Shown here in pieces: positions 34,952-48,099 of a stretch of 64,000 bases of DNA. Location of the stretch: positions 62,001 through 126,000 of the forward strand of contig OW569364.1 in the NCBI GenBank assembly GCA_937625935.1, given 5' to 3'. The notes under the pieces are model-generated. The model did not search any database. It saw only the letters and a program-made list of their open reading frames with translations, and was not told the DNA's origin. The translations under genes were made by a program, and so were the position numbers. Position 1 is the first letter of the stretch, and every line of letters begins with the position of its first letter. This DNA is from Tetramitus jugosus. Taxonomy: Eukaryota > Protista > Heterolobosea.

Positions 34952-36376
34952 ATGAATGAACAAGAAGAGGATGACCACGATCGTGACACCACTCAAAGGC
35001 AATCATCAGGGACAACTTCTCCCGCAATCGACAGATCTGGAGAACAAAATGAAGGAGAAGAAAATGCACAAAATGACAGTCGAGTGACAGGTGATGATGC
35101 TTCAAGAACAAATCAGGAAAACAATGACGTCGCACACACAACAACGACGATTGTTGAAGAGACGGAAGAAGGAGAAGAAATTCAAGATGATTCTCTCCCG
35201 CCTAATGTGTATAGAATTGCACAAAGGTTCTGGAGAAGTGTTCTGAATAATTATCGTGTGATCGTGTCTCGAAATACAATGCTCTCGTCGAGCCACATGT
35301 CTCGTATCATTCGTGATTTGCGACCAATCATCCAACAGACCCAAGGAGCTTGTACAGATTTTGTTTGGTCATTGGATTTGGGTCATAACACGTTTACTGA
35401 AATTCCCAATGGATTACAGTGGTTTCATCGAGTGGAGCGATTGGATCTAAGTTCGAATTTGATTGAGTCATTGACTACGTTGCCATCATCTCCTTCGAAA
35501 CATGGAGATCATAAGAAGAGTTCATCGTCTTCCACTCTTAAATCCGATAGTGTCGATGATCGTGAGAGCGAGGATGATGCGATAAACGAAGTAAGTGGAG
35601 TGTTGTGTCGAATGACAATGTTAAAAATTCTCAACTTGTCGACGAATCGATTAATGGAGATTGAGACACCTCGGCCATCGATCGGAGCGTTTACTTGGCC
35701 ACATCAGTATCAATATTTGTTTCCAGAGAGCTTGCGAGTACTGGACTTGCAAAACAATCAAATAGTCAAGATATCAGACGATGCTTTTTCAAATTTGAAA
35801 CAATTGGTTCGACTCAGTCTAGCATACAATCAACTGCAGATGCTTCCGAGTTCGATATGCGATCTTTCACAACTGTTAGAGCTAGAATTGAATGATAATC
35901 AACTCACTTTTTTGCCGCAAAGAATGCAACGCTTGAACAAGTTGAACGTACTGACTCTGATGCGTAATTCATTCCATCTGCACAAGCCTATGGATATTCG
36001 AGAGAATATTACGGTAGAAAACCCTCTGTCTTTACAGGAGTTGTGCCGAAGGTATATTAGACAGAATCGGATACATTCTGGCAAATCACTCACAGATATT
36101 GTGCCGAGTAGTGTAATGGAAGTGGAGGAAGATATCGAACTAGAAAACAAATTGTGTTTCCAGAGTCTTAAGCGACAAGAAAAGTTGGAGCAGGAGGTTG
36201 CAGTGTGTCCTCTCTGTGGATATGAGTTTTCAATCAAATTTACAACGACAGTCATCAGTAGGGGAAGGGTGTTGTCGCCCACTGTACAAAAGGAACTTGT
36301 TCCAATCAAATGGCGGTGCTGTAGTTTCAATTGTGCTGTGATCATGCTAAGACGTTCGCTTCAGAACCCAAGATAA
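34952..36376 (+). CDS. Leucine-rich-repeat protein with BC-box-like and Cys-rich C-terminus (LRRC58-like)
   Basis: LxxLxLxxN repeats; PLSLQELCRR; CPLCG...WRCCS. Confidence 0.8.
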   Translation: MNEQEEDDHDRDTTQRQSSGTTSPAIDRSGEQNEGEENAQNDSRVTGDDASRTNQENNDVAHTTTTIVEETEEGEEIQDDSLPPNVYRIAQRFWRSVLNNYRVIVSRNTMLSSSHMSRIIRDLRPIIQQTQGACTDFVWSLDLGHNTFTEIPNGLQWFHRVERLDLSSNLIESLTTLPSSPSKHGDHKKSSSSSTLKSDSVDDRESEDDAINEVSGVLCRMTMLKILNLSTNRLMEIETPRPSIGAFTWPHQYQYLFPESLRVLDLQNNQIVKISDDAFSNLKQLVRLSLAYNQLQMLPSSICDLSQLLELELNDNQLTFLPQRMQRLNKLNVLTLMRNSFHLHKPMDIRENITVENPLSLQELCRRYIRQNRIHSGKSLTDIVPSSVMEVEEDIELENKLCFQSLKRQEKLEQEVAVCPLCGYEFSIKFTTTVISRGRVLSPTVQKELVPIKWRCCSFNCAVIMLRRSLQNPR

Positions 36377-36669
36377 GGTGAAACTAATAGAAGACGACAC
36401 TATATAACCTTCTGATCTTCAAATCGATGTGCACGGAACATGAACAACAAGAATGAATGTGAGTAAGTTTATTATCTCAACCTGCGCAAGTGAAATTCAA
36501 CGATCGTGGTTTTACCATTTCGTTTCAGAATGACATCACACCAATGGGCATCGCACAATCCCCTTAAGCTCATATGTCATCTGTCTCCTTCTAGCCTGGC
36601 AATTTTTCTCTCTCTGAATTATTGTGGATAACAACAAAAAGCATCATCATAAACAGCAAAAAAAAAACG

Positions 36670-37977
36670 ATGACCACAACCACAATCATCAACCAACAAC
36701 AACAACAACAAAAAAAGAGTTCCAATAATGTCGTCTACTCTGCTCACTTGTTCAGAGTCGTGACAATCGTCTCCTGTACACTCATGTTATGCATTGTTGG
36801 TTTCTTTGTTTTGCTTTCCATGCTAGAAGGCTCGTGGTCCAACTGGAGTCAAGCTACATGTATGCCCAATGATTGCTTTTGTGAGAAACCAACGGGAACT
36901 TTGCTTCAACAGCCTGTGAACACGTTCAGTAATTTGGCGTTTTGTTTGACCGGAGTAATTGTTTTTGTAATGATTGGGTATGCGTTGGACAAAAATAGAG
37001 ATGACAGTGAGGAGGATTACAAGAATGAAGCTCAACCAGAGAGTGCCTTTTGGTTGTATGGAGCAGTGTATGGAATGGGTAATGTGTTCTTGGGACTAGG
37101 TAGTGGCATGTATCATGCCTCCATGGCCTTTGTGCCTCAAGTCATGGACAATGTAGGCATGTACTTTATCATTTGTTGGGCATTTGCTTATAACATGGTT
37201 CGATTGGCACCTAGAAGAGTTCAGAGAAGTGTCTTCTTTAGTGTCTACCTGTCCATGTTGATCATCTTTACATTGATCAATATTTATATGGCCAATGTGA
37301 GAAGATATGCCTTCTTTGCCATGGTTCTATTCTACATGGCCAGTGAATACTATGTCGATAGTCATATGAAGGTGAGATTTGAGCTCGCACCACAAAACTA
37401 TCAAATGAATATGAAGGTTTGGGTGAGTGCTCTCGTTTCGATCGCTGTTGGATTCGTCTTCTGGATCCTGGATCAGAACAAGATTCTCTGTAATCCTACT
37501 GGTTACTTCCAGGGTCATGCTGTTTGGCATGCCTTGTGTGCTCTGTCTTCTTGGTTGCTCTTTTACTATTACTATGCAGAGAAGAAGAAGCCTGCTCTGT
37601 ATTCTGGTGACTGTTCTAGTAGCAACAAGGTGCTCGGAGAAAGAATTCAATCGGATGATGAAGTCATTGGTCTCATGAACGAAAGAGGTCACAGCTCTGC
37701 AATTGTTGAGGATGAAATGTCAGAGTACAACCAACCTATTGTACAACAAGCAGATCAAGTGTATCATATGGATCAAGGCTACGTCGTGAACAACCATATC
37801 TATATGCCATCTGGCAACCATGTGGCTCCTCATCAGCATTACCCATTGGCACACATGGGAGCTCCTATGATGATGAATCCATCGTATGTCATGCCAGCTC
37901 CACAGTACGCAGCGCCAGCTTCTCTCTATCCAATCACTGCTCCAAGCAGCTCAGAGAAGAACTCTCGTCGCATGTAA
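36670..37977 (+). CDS. CREST-superfamily ceramidase-like 7TM hydrolase
   Basis: FCEKP...QPVNTFSNLAF, SGMYHAS, HAVWH metal-ligand motifs. Confidence 0.85.
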   Translation: MTTTTIINQQQQQQKKSSNNVVYSAHLFRVVTIVSCTLMLCIVGFFVLLSMLEGSWSNWSQATCMPNDCFCEKPTGTLLQQPVNTFSNLAFCLTGVIVFVMIGYALDKNRDDSEEDYKNEAQPESAFWLYGAVYGMGNVFLGLGSGMYHASMAFVPQVMDNVGMYFIICWAFAYNMVRLAPRRVQRSVFFSVYLSMLIIFTLINIYMANVRRYAFFAMVLFYMASEYYVDSHMKVRFELAPQNYQMNMKVWVSALVSIAVGFVFWILDQNKILCNPTGYFQGHAVWHALCALSSWLLFYYYYAEKKKPALYSGDCSSSNKVLGERIQSDDEVIGLMNERGHSSAIVEDEMSEYNQPIVQQADQVYHMDQGYVVNNHIYMPSGNHVAPHQHYPLAHMGAPMMMNPSYVMPAPQYAAPASLYPITAPSSSEKNSRRM

Positions 37978-38073
37978 TTTACTGGACCCAACGCTTGTAA
38001 TCATTTTGTAAAGGACACATCCGGACTTAAATTAAAAGTAAAATTTTTATTTTGGCATTGTTTGAAGGAAACG

Positions 38074-39607
38074 TTAAAGGTATTCTTCCGGTATATCCTT
38101 CAATGAAGCTTCTCGTTGTTTTGCAATAATCCTCTCATACACACCAAATTTGTTCATGAGCTTGCTCATTGTGTCCCGGAAGAAGCAACCCAAGGTCGAG
38201 GATGCCAATTGGAACTTGCCCATTCTCATAGAAGTACCCAAAACCTGGGTTGTTTTTGGTTCCCGTATTTCATAGAACATTTTGAACACTTGTTCGAAGC
38301 TCAGGTCATCTCGAGAAAGAAGGCTAGCAAGAACGGCCGCATCTTCTATGGCCAAATTTGCTCCTTGTCCCATATATGGACTGTCATAAGTACAGGTTGA
38401 ATACAATAAATGAAATGTTGTTAGCTTACACTTAATATATAGACGAGCAACAACGAAACAAAACGCACACAACTACATACAGAATTGGATGAGCAGCATC
38501 ACCAATCAGCACAACTCTACCCTGATGCCACTTGCCTTTGAGTGGAGGGCGATAATACAATCCAAAGTGCATCAATCGTTCTGCATGCTGCACAACGGTA
38601 GGGAATGGCTCTACAATATCATTAGATGAATAATAGAGCTTCATCCTGGCATGATACAGTTCCGCCCGATCCCAAGTCTCTCTCTTTGGCTTCTCATTCA
38701 AATGAGTTTTCCAAAAGACGACTTTTCCCTCAGAGTCAGCACAGTACATTCCAGTGTAGAAACCCTTACCTGACTGAGTGATCATCTTGTGCTTCATTTT
38801 CTTATATACATCACTCTCTGGATCCAACTTTGATACACCGTACCACATGGAGTGACCAGAGTAAATTGGATCCGAATAGCCAAAGATTTGAGTCCGAACA
38901 GTGGAACGAATACCATCGGCACCAATCAATAGCTCACACTCATTCATAGTTCCGTCAGTGAACTGAGAAACAACGATTTTGCCTCTCGTTTCACAGAAAT
39001 CGAGGTCCTTGTTGAAATGAATGGAAACGCCACGAGACAGTTGTTTCACAAGGTTGGCACGCAACGCACAGCTCACAGCACATGTTTGATCACTGTTGAG
39101 CATGCTTGCAGTACCGAGAGGAGTGGTATCAGAAGCTTGATATTGCTCCAATGTGTGAATTGGCTCAAAGAGCTCTGGTGTAAGCTCTTCACTCAATCCC
39201 AAGCTTCTCAAAATAATTCGACCAGACTGTAAAGAAAAACCGCCTCCTAGAGCGGGGGAAAGTTCCCGCGATTTTTCATAAACGTTTACAATGAAGCGTT
39301 CTGGTCTTTTCATGAGGAGTCGAGCTAATACCAGGCCAGAAACACCTGCTCCAATAATATTAATCCGTATGGGTTGTGCTTGATCATCACCACTTCCATC
39401 GTCACTACCACAAGAGTTCAGTCTTGGTGATGACGTTGGTGATACTACTGAAGCGAAGCTTTTGCTTTGACGTTGGTTACTACCCTTGTAAAAAAACCAG
39501 ACCAAGGCGGAGGACAGAACCACAGAGGACACCAGGATCAGAGAACTGTTGTTGCTATGCAACAAGTGCAAATAAAGATCCCTCACGTAATCATTCAAAA
39601 AAATCAT
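38074..39607 (-). CDS. FAD-dependent monooxygenase (intron 38480-38381)
   Basis: IIGAGVSGL, LIGADGIRS, spliced GDAAHPILPYMGQGANLAIEDA. Confidence 0.92.
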
Positions 39608-40047
39608 TTTCCAAGGTTTGTTGATGGATCCAAACAAAACTCAAATTCCACTGCGTGTTGTGCAGATAACAAAAAATAAAGACTAGGTGCGTACACACGT
39701 TGGAACGTTTGTGTGTGGTTGTTTTGGGTTCTCAATTCTGATGTCAAATACTCACATGCACCTTATCTGAACAGTTTTTCCGTCCATCAATCCAATCAAC
39801 TTGAATCCCTCCGCAGGAAAAAGCGAAAAAATCCGTGCGTCGAAAAAAAAGCGGGATGTTTTCTTGGCGCCAAAGGAGCAGAAAAAATTATCGTTACTTA
39901 TGAAAAATATTTCGGTAGTGTCCCATTTCGCCTTGCTAACAAGTAAAACGCAACGGTAAAAGCAACAAGTACGAGAGAAGTTAGTTGTTACGTAGACCAA
40001 CAACAGCAGTTCGAATTCATTATTCATTTCTCTGAACATCAAACAAC

Positions 40048-43000
40048 ATGGATCCAACACCACCCTTCCATCACAACAACATGCTAAGTCACAACAACAA
40101 TACATTGACGAGTCATCTGAATCATCACATGGTGAATGGTGAAAACGTCATGACTGATACGATTGACTCCGTCTCAATGCCAAGAACTCCACTCGTCGCA
40201 AAGAAGATTCACACTACTTCTTCGACGCCCTTTACAACAAACGAAATAATAAGGAAACCTTTACAACAAATGCCACTTCAAGTAATTAACCAGAATATTG
40301 TACAACCACCACAACAACAATTACAACATCCTCAAAAACCAACCACCAATCAATCACTGCACAGTCCTACTCCATCAAACAACAATACGACTGGAGCGAC
40401 AAAGCAAAACAACACTCCAAACAACAAGAGAAAGAGACAGTTTAGTGTCTATGCAGAGAAGAAGAGACTTGTGGATCAAGTATCTGAAACAACGGGCCAA
40501 GTGCAAACTACAGTTGTCAGTGTGGTGAATGATGATCCCAATCACACAGTTGATGATTATGAAGAGCTGAAGAGAGATGTGAACAACTTGAAAATCAAGC
40601 TTAAGAATACAGAGTCTGATGTAAGAGAGTACAAGAGCTTGTTGGAGGCAGAACGAAGTGAAAAGGACAGTAACCAACAATTTGTCTTCTCAATGAGAGC
40701 ACAGAAGAAGCATTACAAGCAAGGCATTGAAAAATTGAAGCTTGAAGTACAATTGGCCAACAATGAAGTCACTCGGTTGCAAGACAGTCTCCGTGAGGCA
40801 GAAGAGATTGCAGATCAGTGGCAAAACAAGTTTAGAGAACAACAGAGTTCATTACAAGACAAGTTTGCAATGTTTAAAACGTTGCGAGATCAAGCCAAAG
40901 AACTAGAACAAGAAGTGAAAACACTCAGGGTAACCAATGCAGAATTGGAAGACAAGTGGCAAAAACAACAAGTGAGTAACGAACAAGCAAGTACCAACCC
41001 GGACAAGAACAAGAAGAAGGTGACTGTGCCAGCTGTAGCAAAGGCACGTCAAAGCATTGCTCCTTCAATGATGAAGAGCAATCAAGCAAATCTAGATTTG
41101 GAGAAGTTAAAGGAAGATTATGATAACATCAAGATTTCTCATGACTTGTTGAGAGATGAAAGACGTCAAATGGAGGACCAAGTAGAGAAGTTTAAATCTT
41201 CTTTGGAGACACTTCAAGCACAAAGCAATACTGTGCAGGAAGAGAGAGATTCATTGAAGAAGCAATTGGCTGCTCTTCAGTCTGAATATTCAAATACTTC
41301 TATGATGCTCCTTGATTCTAATACCAAATTGTCTTTGGCTGAAGCACAGTCTTTTGAAATGCAAAAGCAACTCAAGGACACTAGAGTACAGTACCAAATG
41401 GAGATTGAAGCAATACAGACAAAGGATAACAAGGATCAAATTGCTGATAGATATAGAGAGGTACTGATCTTGAATGCAGAGTATCAGAGACAAATTGATG
41501 TTATCCAACAAATCGTCTCCCATGATTTGAAGCCTACAGTTGCTACGTCGTCTTCGGTGAAGAATCAAGTTTTTAACTATCAGGAACATGTTTCATCGCT
41601 ATCCAACACGTATCAATCTGCATTGAGAAAAGCACGTGATGCACTTGGTGAATACAAGGCGTTGTGCGATGAAGCTGAGGAGATTGCTTCTGAAGTCACC
41701 ATGGAGAATGATCGATTATCTGAGGAATTGGAAGAGTCCAGTGTTAGAGAAATGAACCTTGCTCAAGAGAATGTGGTTCTTTCAGACACTGTATCTGAGC
41801 AACAGAATCAGATTGATTCGCTGTGCCAAACTATCTATCTTCTCCAACATCACCTGGAGGAACAATCAATTCAGTTGAGATGTGTCAGAGAAGAAATACA
41901 GCTCCAAACCATGCAAGTAGACGATATGATGTTCGATGAAATTCCTGAGTTGGAAGACAACGTAGTACATCTCGAAATTAAGAACTTTACTACAAAATCA
42001 CTGGCTAACGTGGTGAGTCGCCATAATTCTGCATCTTTTGAAGATGTGAGCCGTCTTCGTGGTACTATTGCTCAACTTGAAGAGCAGAACAATATCCTCA
42101 AGGATCGTCTCGAGCAATCCGAAGAGGACATGTATCTCTTCTATCAGAGTTCAAAGGAGTCTATCGCCTATTTGGAACATCGTATCCAACATTTACTAGG
42201 TGCTCTCGCTGAGTCTGAAAAGCGTTACACAGAGCTGTTAGAGTTTACTAAGATTGAGAGACAAGTAGTAGAGGAAGCAGTTGAGAAGGAGAAAGCACAA
42301 ACAGCCAGTCTGCAATTCAAATGCAATCAATTAGATTCCAAGTATATGCAATCCAATGTGAAGAGAGAAGAACTTGAGCGTCAAAATATGTCTTTGCAAG
42401 ATGAACTCGAACAAAAGAACAACCTGATTGACTCCCTAAAGAAGTCGATTTCAACATCAGAGAACGAGCTCGAATCTGTCAAATCATCTTGTGCCACGTT
42501 GAGACAGTGCATCAGTGATGCTGAATCCAATGAACGAGCACTTCGTTCACAATTTGATGATGAAATAACGACGGCTCACAATGAGATTGATCAATTGAGA
42601 ATCATTCGTGCATCCATCGAACAGGAGGTAAGAAACTGTGCTGCCAATGAGAAGCAATTAGTGGAGCAGTTTAACAAGGATATTTCAAATGCAAAGGCTG
42701 AGATTGAACGGTTGAAGGAAGTGTACAACAAAGATATCGAACAAGAAAGGACTCGGTCAGAATCACTCCAATCTGGTGTGAGCCAACTAGAAACTCAACT
42801 GCAAAGAAGTACAACAATGAAGGAACAACTCGAAAAGACGAATCAGACCCTGCAACAAACTCTTACTAAATTAACAACGGACTATGGCGTCGCTCAAACG
42901 GAATTAAAGGATGCTGTAGATGAGATTGAGAGACTAACTGGTTTGTATTACGAATTGGAAGTTGAACTACGTGCTCGTCTTAACAATGAGAAGCTGTTAG

Positions 43001-43527
43001 TTGACAAGTTCCACAGAGATATGTCCCAGTTTTGTGATGAAAAACAAAAGGTAGACGCCAAACTCAGGGATGCTCGTTTCGAGTGTACTACACTGAAGAA
43101 TGATAACAAACAGCTCACTCTTCAACTCGAGCTCATCTTGGCAAAGACTCAAAAGAAGGACTGGATGAAATCTGAGGGATTAAGCGACATTACTTCAATC
43201 GAGTTGGCCAAGAAGGAAATTGACCAACTGCACATACAGGTCACTAACTTGACGAAACAAGTATCGAACGTTGTAGAACAAAACAAACTGTTGGGTAAGG
43301 AGTTGTCCAACAGCAGGCACTCTTTTGCTACCCGAGAGAAGGTTATGCAAGAAAACATGAAGAGAGCAGAGATGGAGATACGCTGTCTAGAGTCATCCCT
43401 CGAACACATCGAACAAACTCTCGTATCTCATGCCTCAGAAATTAGTGACATCCCAGCTCTGTCAAAGTTGATCAGTGGTTTTGGTAAGACCGAATCACAG
43501 GAGATGGAAGATGTCGAGGAACAGTGA
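40048..43527 (+). CDS. Large coiled-coil protein
   Basis: 1159-aa ORF with E/Q/K/L-rich heptads. Confidence 0.85.
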   Translation: MDPTPPFHHNNMLSHNNNTLTSHLNHHMVNGENVMTDTIDSVSMPRTPLVAKKIHTTSSTPFTTNEIIRKPLQQMPLQVINQNIVQPPQQQLQHPQKPTTNQSLHSPTPSNNNTTGATKQNNTPNNKRKRQFSVYAEKKRLVDQVSETTGQVQTTVVSVVNDDPNHTVDDYEELKRDVNNLKIKLKNTESDVREYKSLLEAERSEKDSNQQFVFSMRAQKKHYKQGIEKLKLEVQLANNEVTRLQDSLREAEEIADQWQNKFREQQSSLQDKFAMFKTLRDQAKELEQEVKTLRVTNAELEDKWQKQQVSNEQASTNPDKNKKKVTVPAVAKARQSIAPSMMKSNQANLDLEKLKEDYDNIKISHDLLRDERRQMEDQVEKFKSSLETLQAQSNTVQEERDSLKKQLAALQSEYSNTSMMLLDSNTKLSLAEAQSFEMQKQLKDTRVQYQMEIEAIQTKDNKDQIADRYREVLILNAEYQRQIDVIQQIVSHDLKPTVATSSSVKNQVFNYQEHVSSLSNTYQSALRKARDALGEYKALCDEAEEIASEVTMENDRLSEELEESSVREMNLAQENVVLSDTVSEQQNQIDSLCQTIYLLQHHLEEQSIQLRCVREEIQLQTMQVDDMMFDEIPELEDNVVHLEIKNFTTKSLANVVSRHNSASFEDVSRLRGTIAQLEEQNNILKDRLEQSEEDMYLFYQSSKESIAYLEHRIQHLLGALAESEKRYTELLEFTKIERQVVEEAVEKEKAQTASLQFKCNQLDSKYMQSNVKREELERQNMSLQDELEQKNNLIDSLKKSISTSENELESVKSSCATLRQCISDAESNERALRSQFDDEITTAHNEIDQLRIIRASIEQEVRNCAANEKQLVEQFNKDISNAKAEIERLKEVYNKDIEQERTRSESLQSGVSQLETQLQRSTTMKEQLEKTNQTLQQTLTKLTTDYGVAQTELKDAVDEIERLTGLYYELEVELRARLNNEKLLVDKFHRDMSQFCDEKQKVDAKLRDARFECTTLKNDNKQLTLQLELILAKTQKKDWMKSEGLSDITSIELAKKEIDQLHIQVTNLTKQVSNVVEQNKLLGKELSNSRHSFATREKVMQENMKRAEMEIRCLESSLEHIEQTLVSHASEISDIPALSKLISGFGKTESQEMEDVEEQ

Positions 43528-43636
43528 ATCGTAAAATAAAGCAAGTATTCATCCCACCAACAAAATATTAATTAATTTCAGGGAGCGAGAAATTTACAAG
43601 TGACATAATACAACAGTCGCTGGCTGGAGAAAAAAA

Positions 43637-46583
43637 TTATAGCATGGCAGATTCGAAAGAGTCTGTGGCACGAGAATCAGTGTCCTTCCGCAACTTTTCC
43701 CTTGCAGCTTGCTCGCGCTTCTTATCTGCGTCTGCTCTCCTAGCTTTTCGCAGCTTGAGGATGTCCTTGACCCGACGAACACCCTCTCGTACACTGTCCA
43801 TTAAATTGTCTTCAGAGATTGTTTTCGTGTGTTTCAACTTCCACACTCGATGAAAGCCCTCATGCTTAAATTTAACGAGCACCATCTTGGATGAATTCGC
43901 TGTCCGATCATCTCCACTCTCATCATCGGTGTGATCACCCGTAAGTAATTCTACGTTCTGTACAGCAATGAAAGGCAGGCGATATTTGACTGATCTCTTA
44001 TCAACTTCCAAAATATGATCATTTGAAAACTTCAAAATTCTCGTTTCTCGATTCTTCTTACGACTCATTTGAGTGAAGGCCTCTTCATGTGAAACTGAAG
44101 AGTTCTCATCACCAACAAAAACTTGAGTCACTTTGTAGGCCACCGGAGCAGCAACAAACTGACTTCGAACAGTGGTTTCAAATAAATCTTCCAGGAGCAG
44201 TGCCCTCTCCTGGACAGAGTTCAAGACATACTTTCTGAAAATACTATCAATATCAACTGAAGAATCACTGTAGCTCAACTCCTTTTCGATATCATCCTTG
44301 GACTTACCAGAGAAGAATGGCTTTCCATTGTCGTCCAATGTTTGATAGGTTGTAGGCTTAAATTTCATATGTATATCAAGATTCGATGTAGGTGCGACAA
44401 CTTCTTCAATCTCGCTCAGCAGTCTCTCGTTCTTGATGCTCAAACTCTTTGGATCAATGTTTAGTATACTCTTTGGAGTGATGACAATGAGTCTGTCTTG
44501 GTGCTTGCCCTTGGAGTTAACCTTGATCACTCTATAACTCTGATCAACAAATATTCTTGTCTCTTCAGTGACAATTGTCTGCGGTAGAGTAACATAGTCT
44601 GGTAGTTTCTCCCAGTGCGCCAAATCATAAAGTTTGTACTCCTCCTTCTTGCTCAAGCTCCTCAGCATGCTGTATAGCATGGATTGAACTTGAAGGCTTG
44701 CTGTATTCACACAACCGGAAGCTTGAAGAACAACAAGATTCTTGATTTTAACTCCAGCAAAATAAGCCTTAAAACAATTGAATACCTAAAATTGATCACG
44801 TGATAAGATTGTGTTAGTTCAGCTGAACCCATTCACAAAAAAAGGTCAAACTATAAGGTTCACATACTGTTGCAATCAATGGTTTGTGCTGATTCCCAAT
44901 AAAGGTTAAACTGCAATCAAACACCACGTGAAGCGTCTTCAAATCCTTGTAACCAAAAATCAATTTGCACAATGCAAACAAAAAGCAACCGAAATAACCA
45001 GGAACATTCCAAATTTTCATATCGAATCGATTCATCACAAAATAAATGGTTCTGTTGTTGATTGCTGATGGATCAGGAGAATACAACATGGACTTCCTTT
45101 CAAAATCCGAGTTGTCCACTTCATTGTAGCAACCATTGAGAGATGAAATAATAGACTTGAATGTTTCTGCCACCTTCTCTCGCACACTCTCATCTGTTTG
45201 TCCACTGGGTAGCTCAAGACGTCGCAGAACCATGACACACTCGGACATGAAATCTCCACAGCGCCGCAACGACTTGATTCCCTTTGAAACCAGGTAGGCA
45301 ACAACGGCTGGTGCACTCTCCCAGAGCAACCTCTGCAATTTGATGCAGTCCTTGTCTGGAATCTCCAACGCATCAAAATCAATGTGCTCTATCGTGTACT
45401 CTGTATTGTCATCCATATTCGGATACTGTTCGACTTTTGGATACTCGTTGCTCGACGGCAGTGTATCGTGAGACAATCTTTGACCGCCAACGTCATTGGC
45501 ATCGGATGTGGGTACCTTGGCATCCACATCCACCACACTGGACAAATACTCTCGCATCTCTGAAATCTTCTCTCCCAAAAAATCGTTCAACGATGTCATG
45601 TACTGCTCCTTTTGTCCAAACAAGACACCATTCGCCAAATTTTGAATAATCTTCGATATCAGAATCAAATTTCTTTGACCGTGATCTCCCTTGCCCTTCT
45701 TCACAAGGCCATAGACATCTGGTGTCGCAATCGCCGGATTAAAGAATCGAAGCATAATGTATCCACCAATCAACACTGGTGTATCGAGTTGCAACGAGTC
45801 GGAAATTTGTGCAATATAGGACGCAACGGTCCGCACTTCGCTCGGCATCATTTCCTTCAATTTTTGGTCCATGATACGCTCAAGGAAACGTTCGGTCCAC
45901 TGAACCAATCTTGTTCGATTTTCCAACTGTTTTTGTTCCGAGTTTTCACCCAATTTCAATGGGTCAATCTCCAAATCACAATCCTCTGTCAACAGTTCAT
46001 TGATCACGTCACCTAGCACCATTCTCAAGTAATTTCCACCAACTTCTCTCACATAGAATCCAAGTACTTTGCCTATTCATTTCATATCATTCATCATTAT
46101 CATCACAACAATTGTTATGATCATTCATCAGAGTGAAAATTGCCAAAAAAAACAAGCAGCACAACAACACAATAATGCCATAATGAAAAAGTAAAGTTAT
46201 GTCAGTTTTCTTCCATGATCGAACATAAGATCACAAGATGAAAATGTTGTTTTCGGTTTTTCACATGAACAATAACAAGAACAAGAACAAGAACATAGAC
46301 ACATACTCGCCAATGAATTACTCCTAAAAATATTTTGAAACATGTGTTGATATTTGACTAATTCGTGACCAATCAACGATTTAATCAACTGCATTCGATA
46401 ACCTCCCTTTTCTGTCACCTTCAACAACACTTTTGCCAAGAAATCACATTCATTTGCACTGATGGACTCTGAAAAGGCAACGACAAAGTGAGGATGTCTC
46501 TGAAGAAGGATACACAGAGAGCTAAAGGGTGAAGTATCCCTCTTGTTATTGTTGTTGCTGTTATTGTTGATGTGATTGCTCAT
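43637..46583 (-). CDS. RasGAP protein with neurofibromin-like Sec14/PH-type C-terminal region (exons 46583-46307, 46072-44868, 44785-43637)
   Basis: FRSNSLASK arginine finger, MLRFFNPAIATP, RNLILISKIIQNLAN; KVNSKGKHQDR PH-like motif; GT-AG introns in frame. Confidence 0.88.
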
Positions 46584-46970
46584 ATGTTGCTTGTGTATTG
46601 GTGTATTGGTTGTTGTTGTTGTGTATTAGTAGTCCACTCTCAGAGAGTTGATGTTGGTACCGGTGTTGGTGTTGGTGATTGTTGAGAAGAGAAGAAGCGA
46701 AACTTGGGGTGGAAGAAAAAAAGAATTTTGAATTTTTTTTTGAGAGCTGCGAGCTTTTTGAGATGTGTGCTTGATGGCGACTGTACAGGGATGATGGGTG
46801 ATTGCTTTTGGCGGTTTTCATCTCAGTCTGTCGGAAAATTTCGACATCCGCCAGATTTACAAAGTGGGCAATGGATCAAACGACCATCAACAGTGACGAG
46901 AATGGAACCTGATAAATTAGGATGAATGATAGAACCGATCGGTTCTTACCACAACAAAAAGAAAGATAAT

Positions 46971-48038
46971 ATGAAACAGATAGTTACTCTTGTGTTGCTC
47001 ATTGCTGTGCTGGGCATAGTTACTCACCGGTTCCAGGTGAATGCAGAGACTTGTGTGGTTAAAAATGGAAAGGTATGTTTGAGAGCTATACCAAGAATAG
47101 ATTTTTTTGACAGTCGGTTCACACAATTATGATATTAGATGCCACCTGAAGGTTCGTGTGAAGGGCCGATAGCAAGAATTGTGCTCCAACGACAAAGTAC
47201 GAAAGAACTAGGTGTCAATGGAGTATGCAATGAAAAAACTGTATTGTACTTTGTTGATGGGGATCAAGATCAACCAAAGTGTGGTCAGTGTACACCAGGT
47301 ACATCTGGCTTTCATGGAGCTGAAAGGACCTGTAAGGTCGATGAATTTTGTTCAGACGATGGCAAGTGCTCAAAAATCAAGTCTCACAAATTGTATGGAG
47401 CAGCTTGTCCGTACGACAATGGAATACGAGATAGTATAAACGGTTTCTGTGGTCCTGGTTTGAGATGTATTCAACACAAATGCTTGCCATGCGAGAATGG
47501 TGAGATAGATATGGACACTGGAATGGTCTGTGTAAATAACCAGTATACATACAGTGCTGTTGACAAGATGCTCTATGAACCAACTCCAATGATTCTAGTC
47601 TCTATCATAGCTCTGTACGTTGCCTATCAGGCAGTGTTGGGTACAGGAGTATTCGTGAAGTTTATCGTCAAGAGAAGAAGGAGAGCAAACAGAAACAAAC
47701 AATTAGAACTCCAAAGTAACCAAGGCGAAGACCAAGATCCAGCATCACTATTCCTTAGCCAGTCTCGAAAGGGATTCGTTGATCCTTATGCCGATAGTAG
47801 TGACGAAGAAGAACCGGACGAAAGTGAAGATGATTATGACAATTCTGAAGACGACGACAGCTATGAAGGGAGAATATTTGAAGACAGAGATGAGAATGGA
47901 GGAGTTAGGTACTACACTGTTCGGAATGGAAGATCTGTCTGGTTGTCAGAGGCAGAGCTAGCGCAGAATAGAAGATCTCTACCAACAAGGAATAGAACCA
48001 CTCCTAAAGAACTACCAAAGGTACCCTTTCATAGATAA
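46971..48038 (+). CDS. Cys-rich type I membrane protein (intron 47073-47138)
   Basis: Signal-peptide exon spliced in phase 0 to a Cys-rich ectodomain, TM helix and acidic tail. Confidence 0.8.
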
Positions 48039-48099
48039 TCAAATCTCCCCGAGATCTTGCTCCTGTGTAAATAAAAATTCTCAACGAACATATCCCGGC

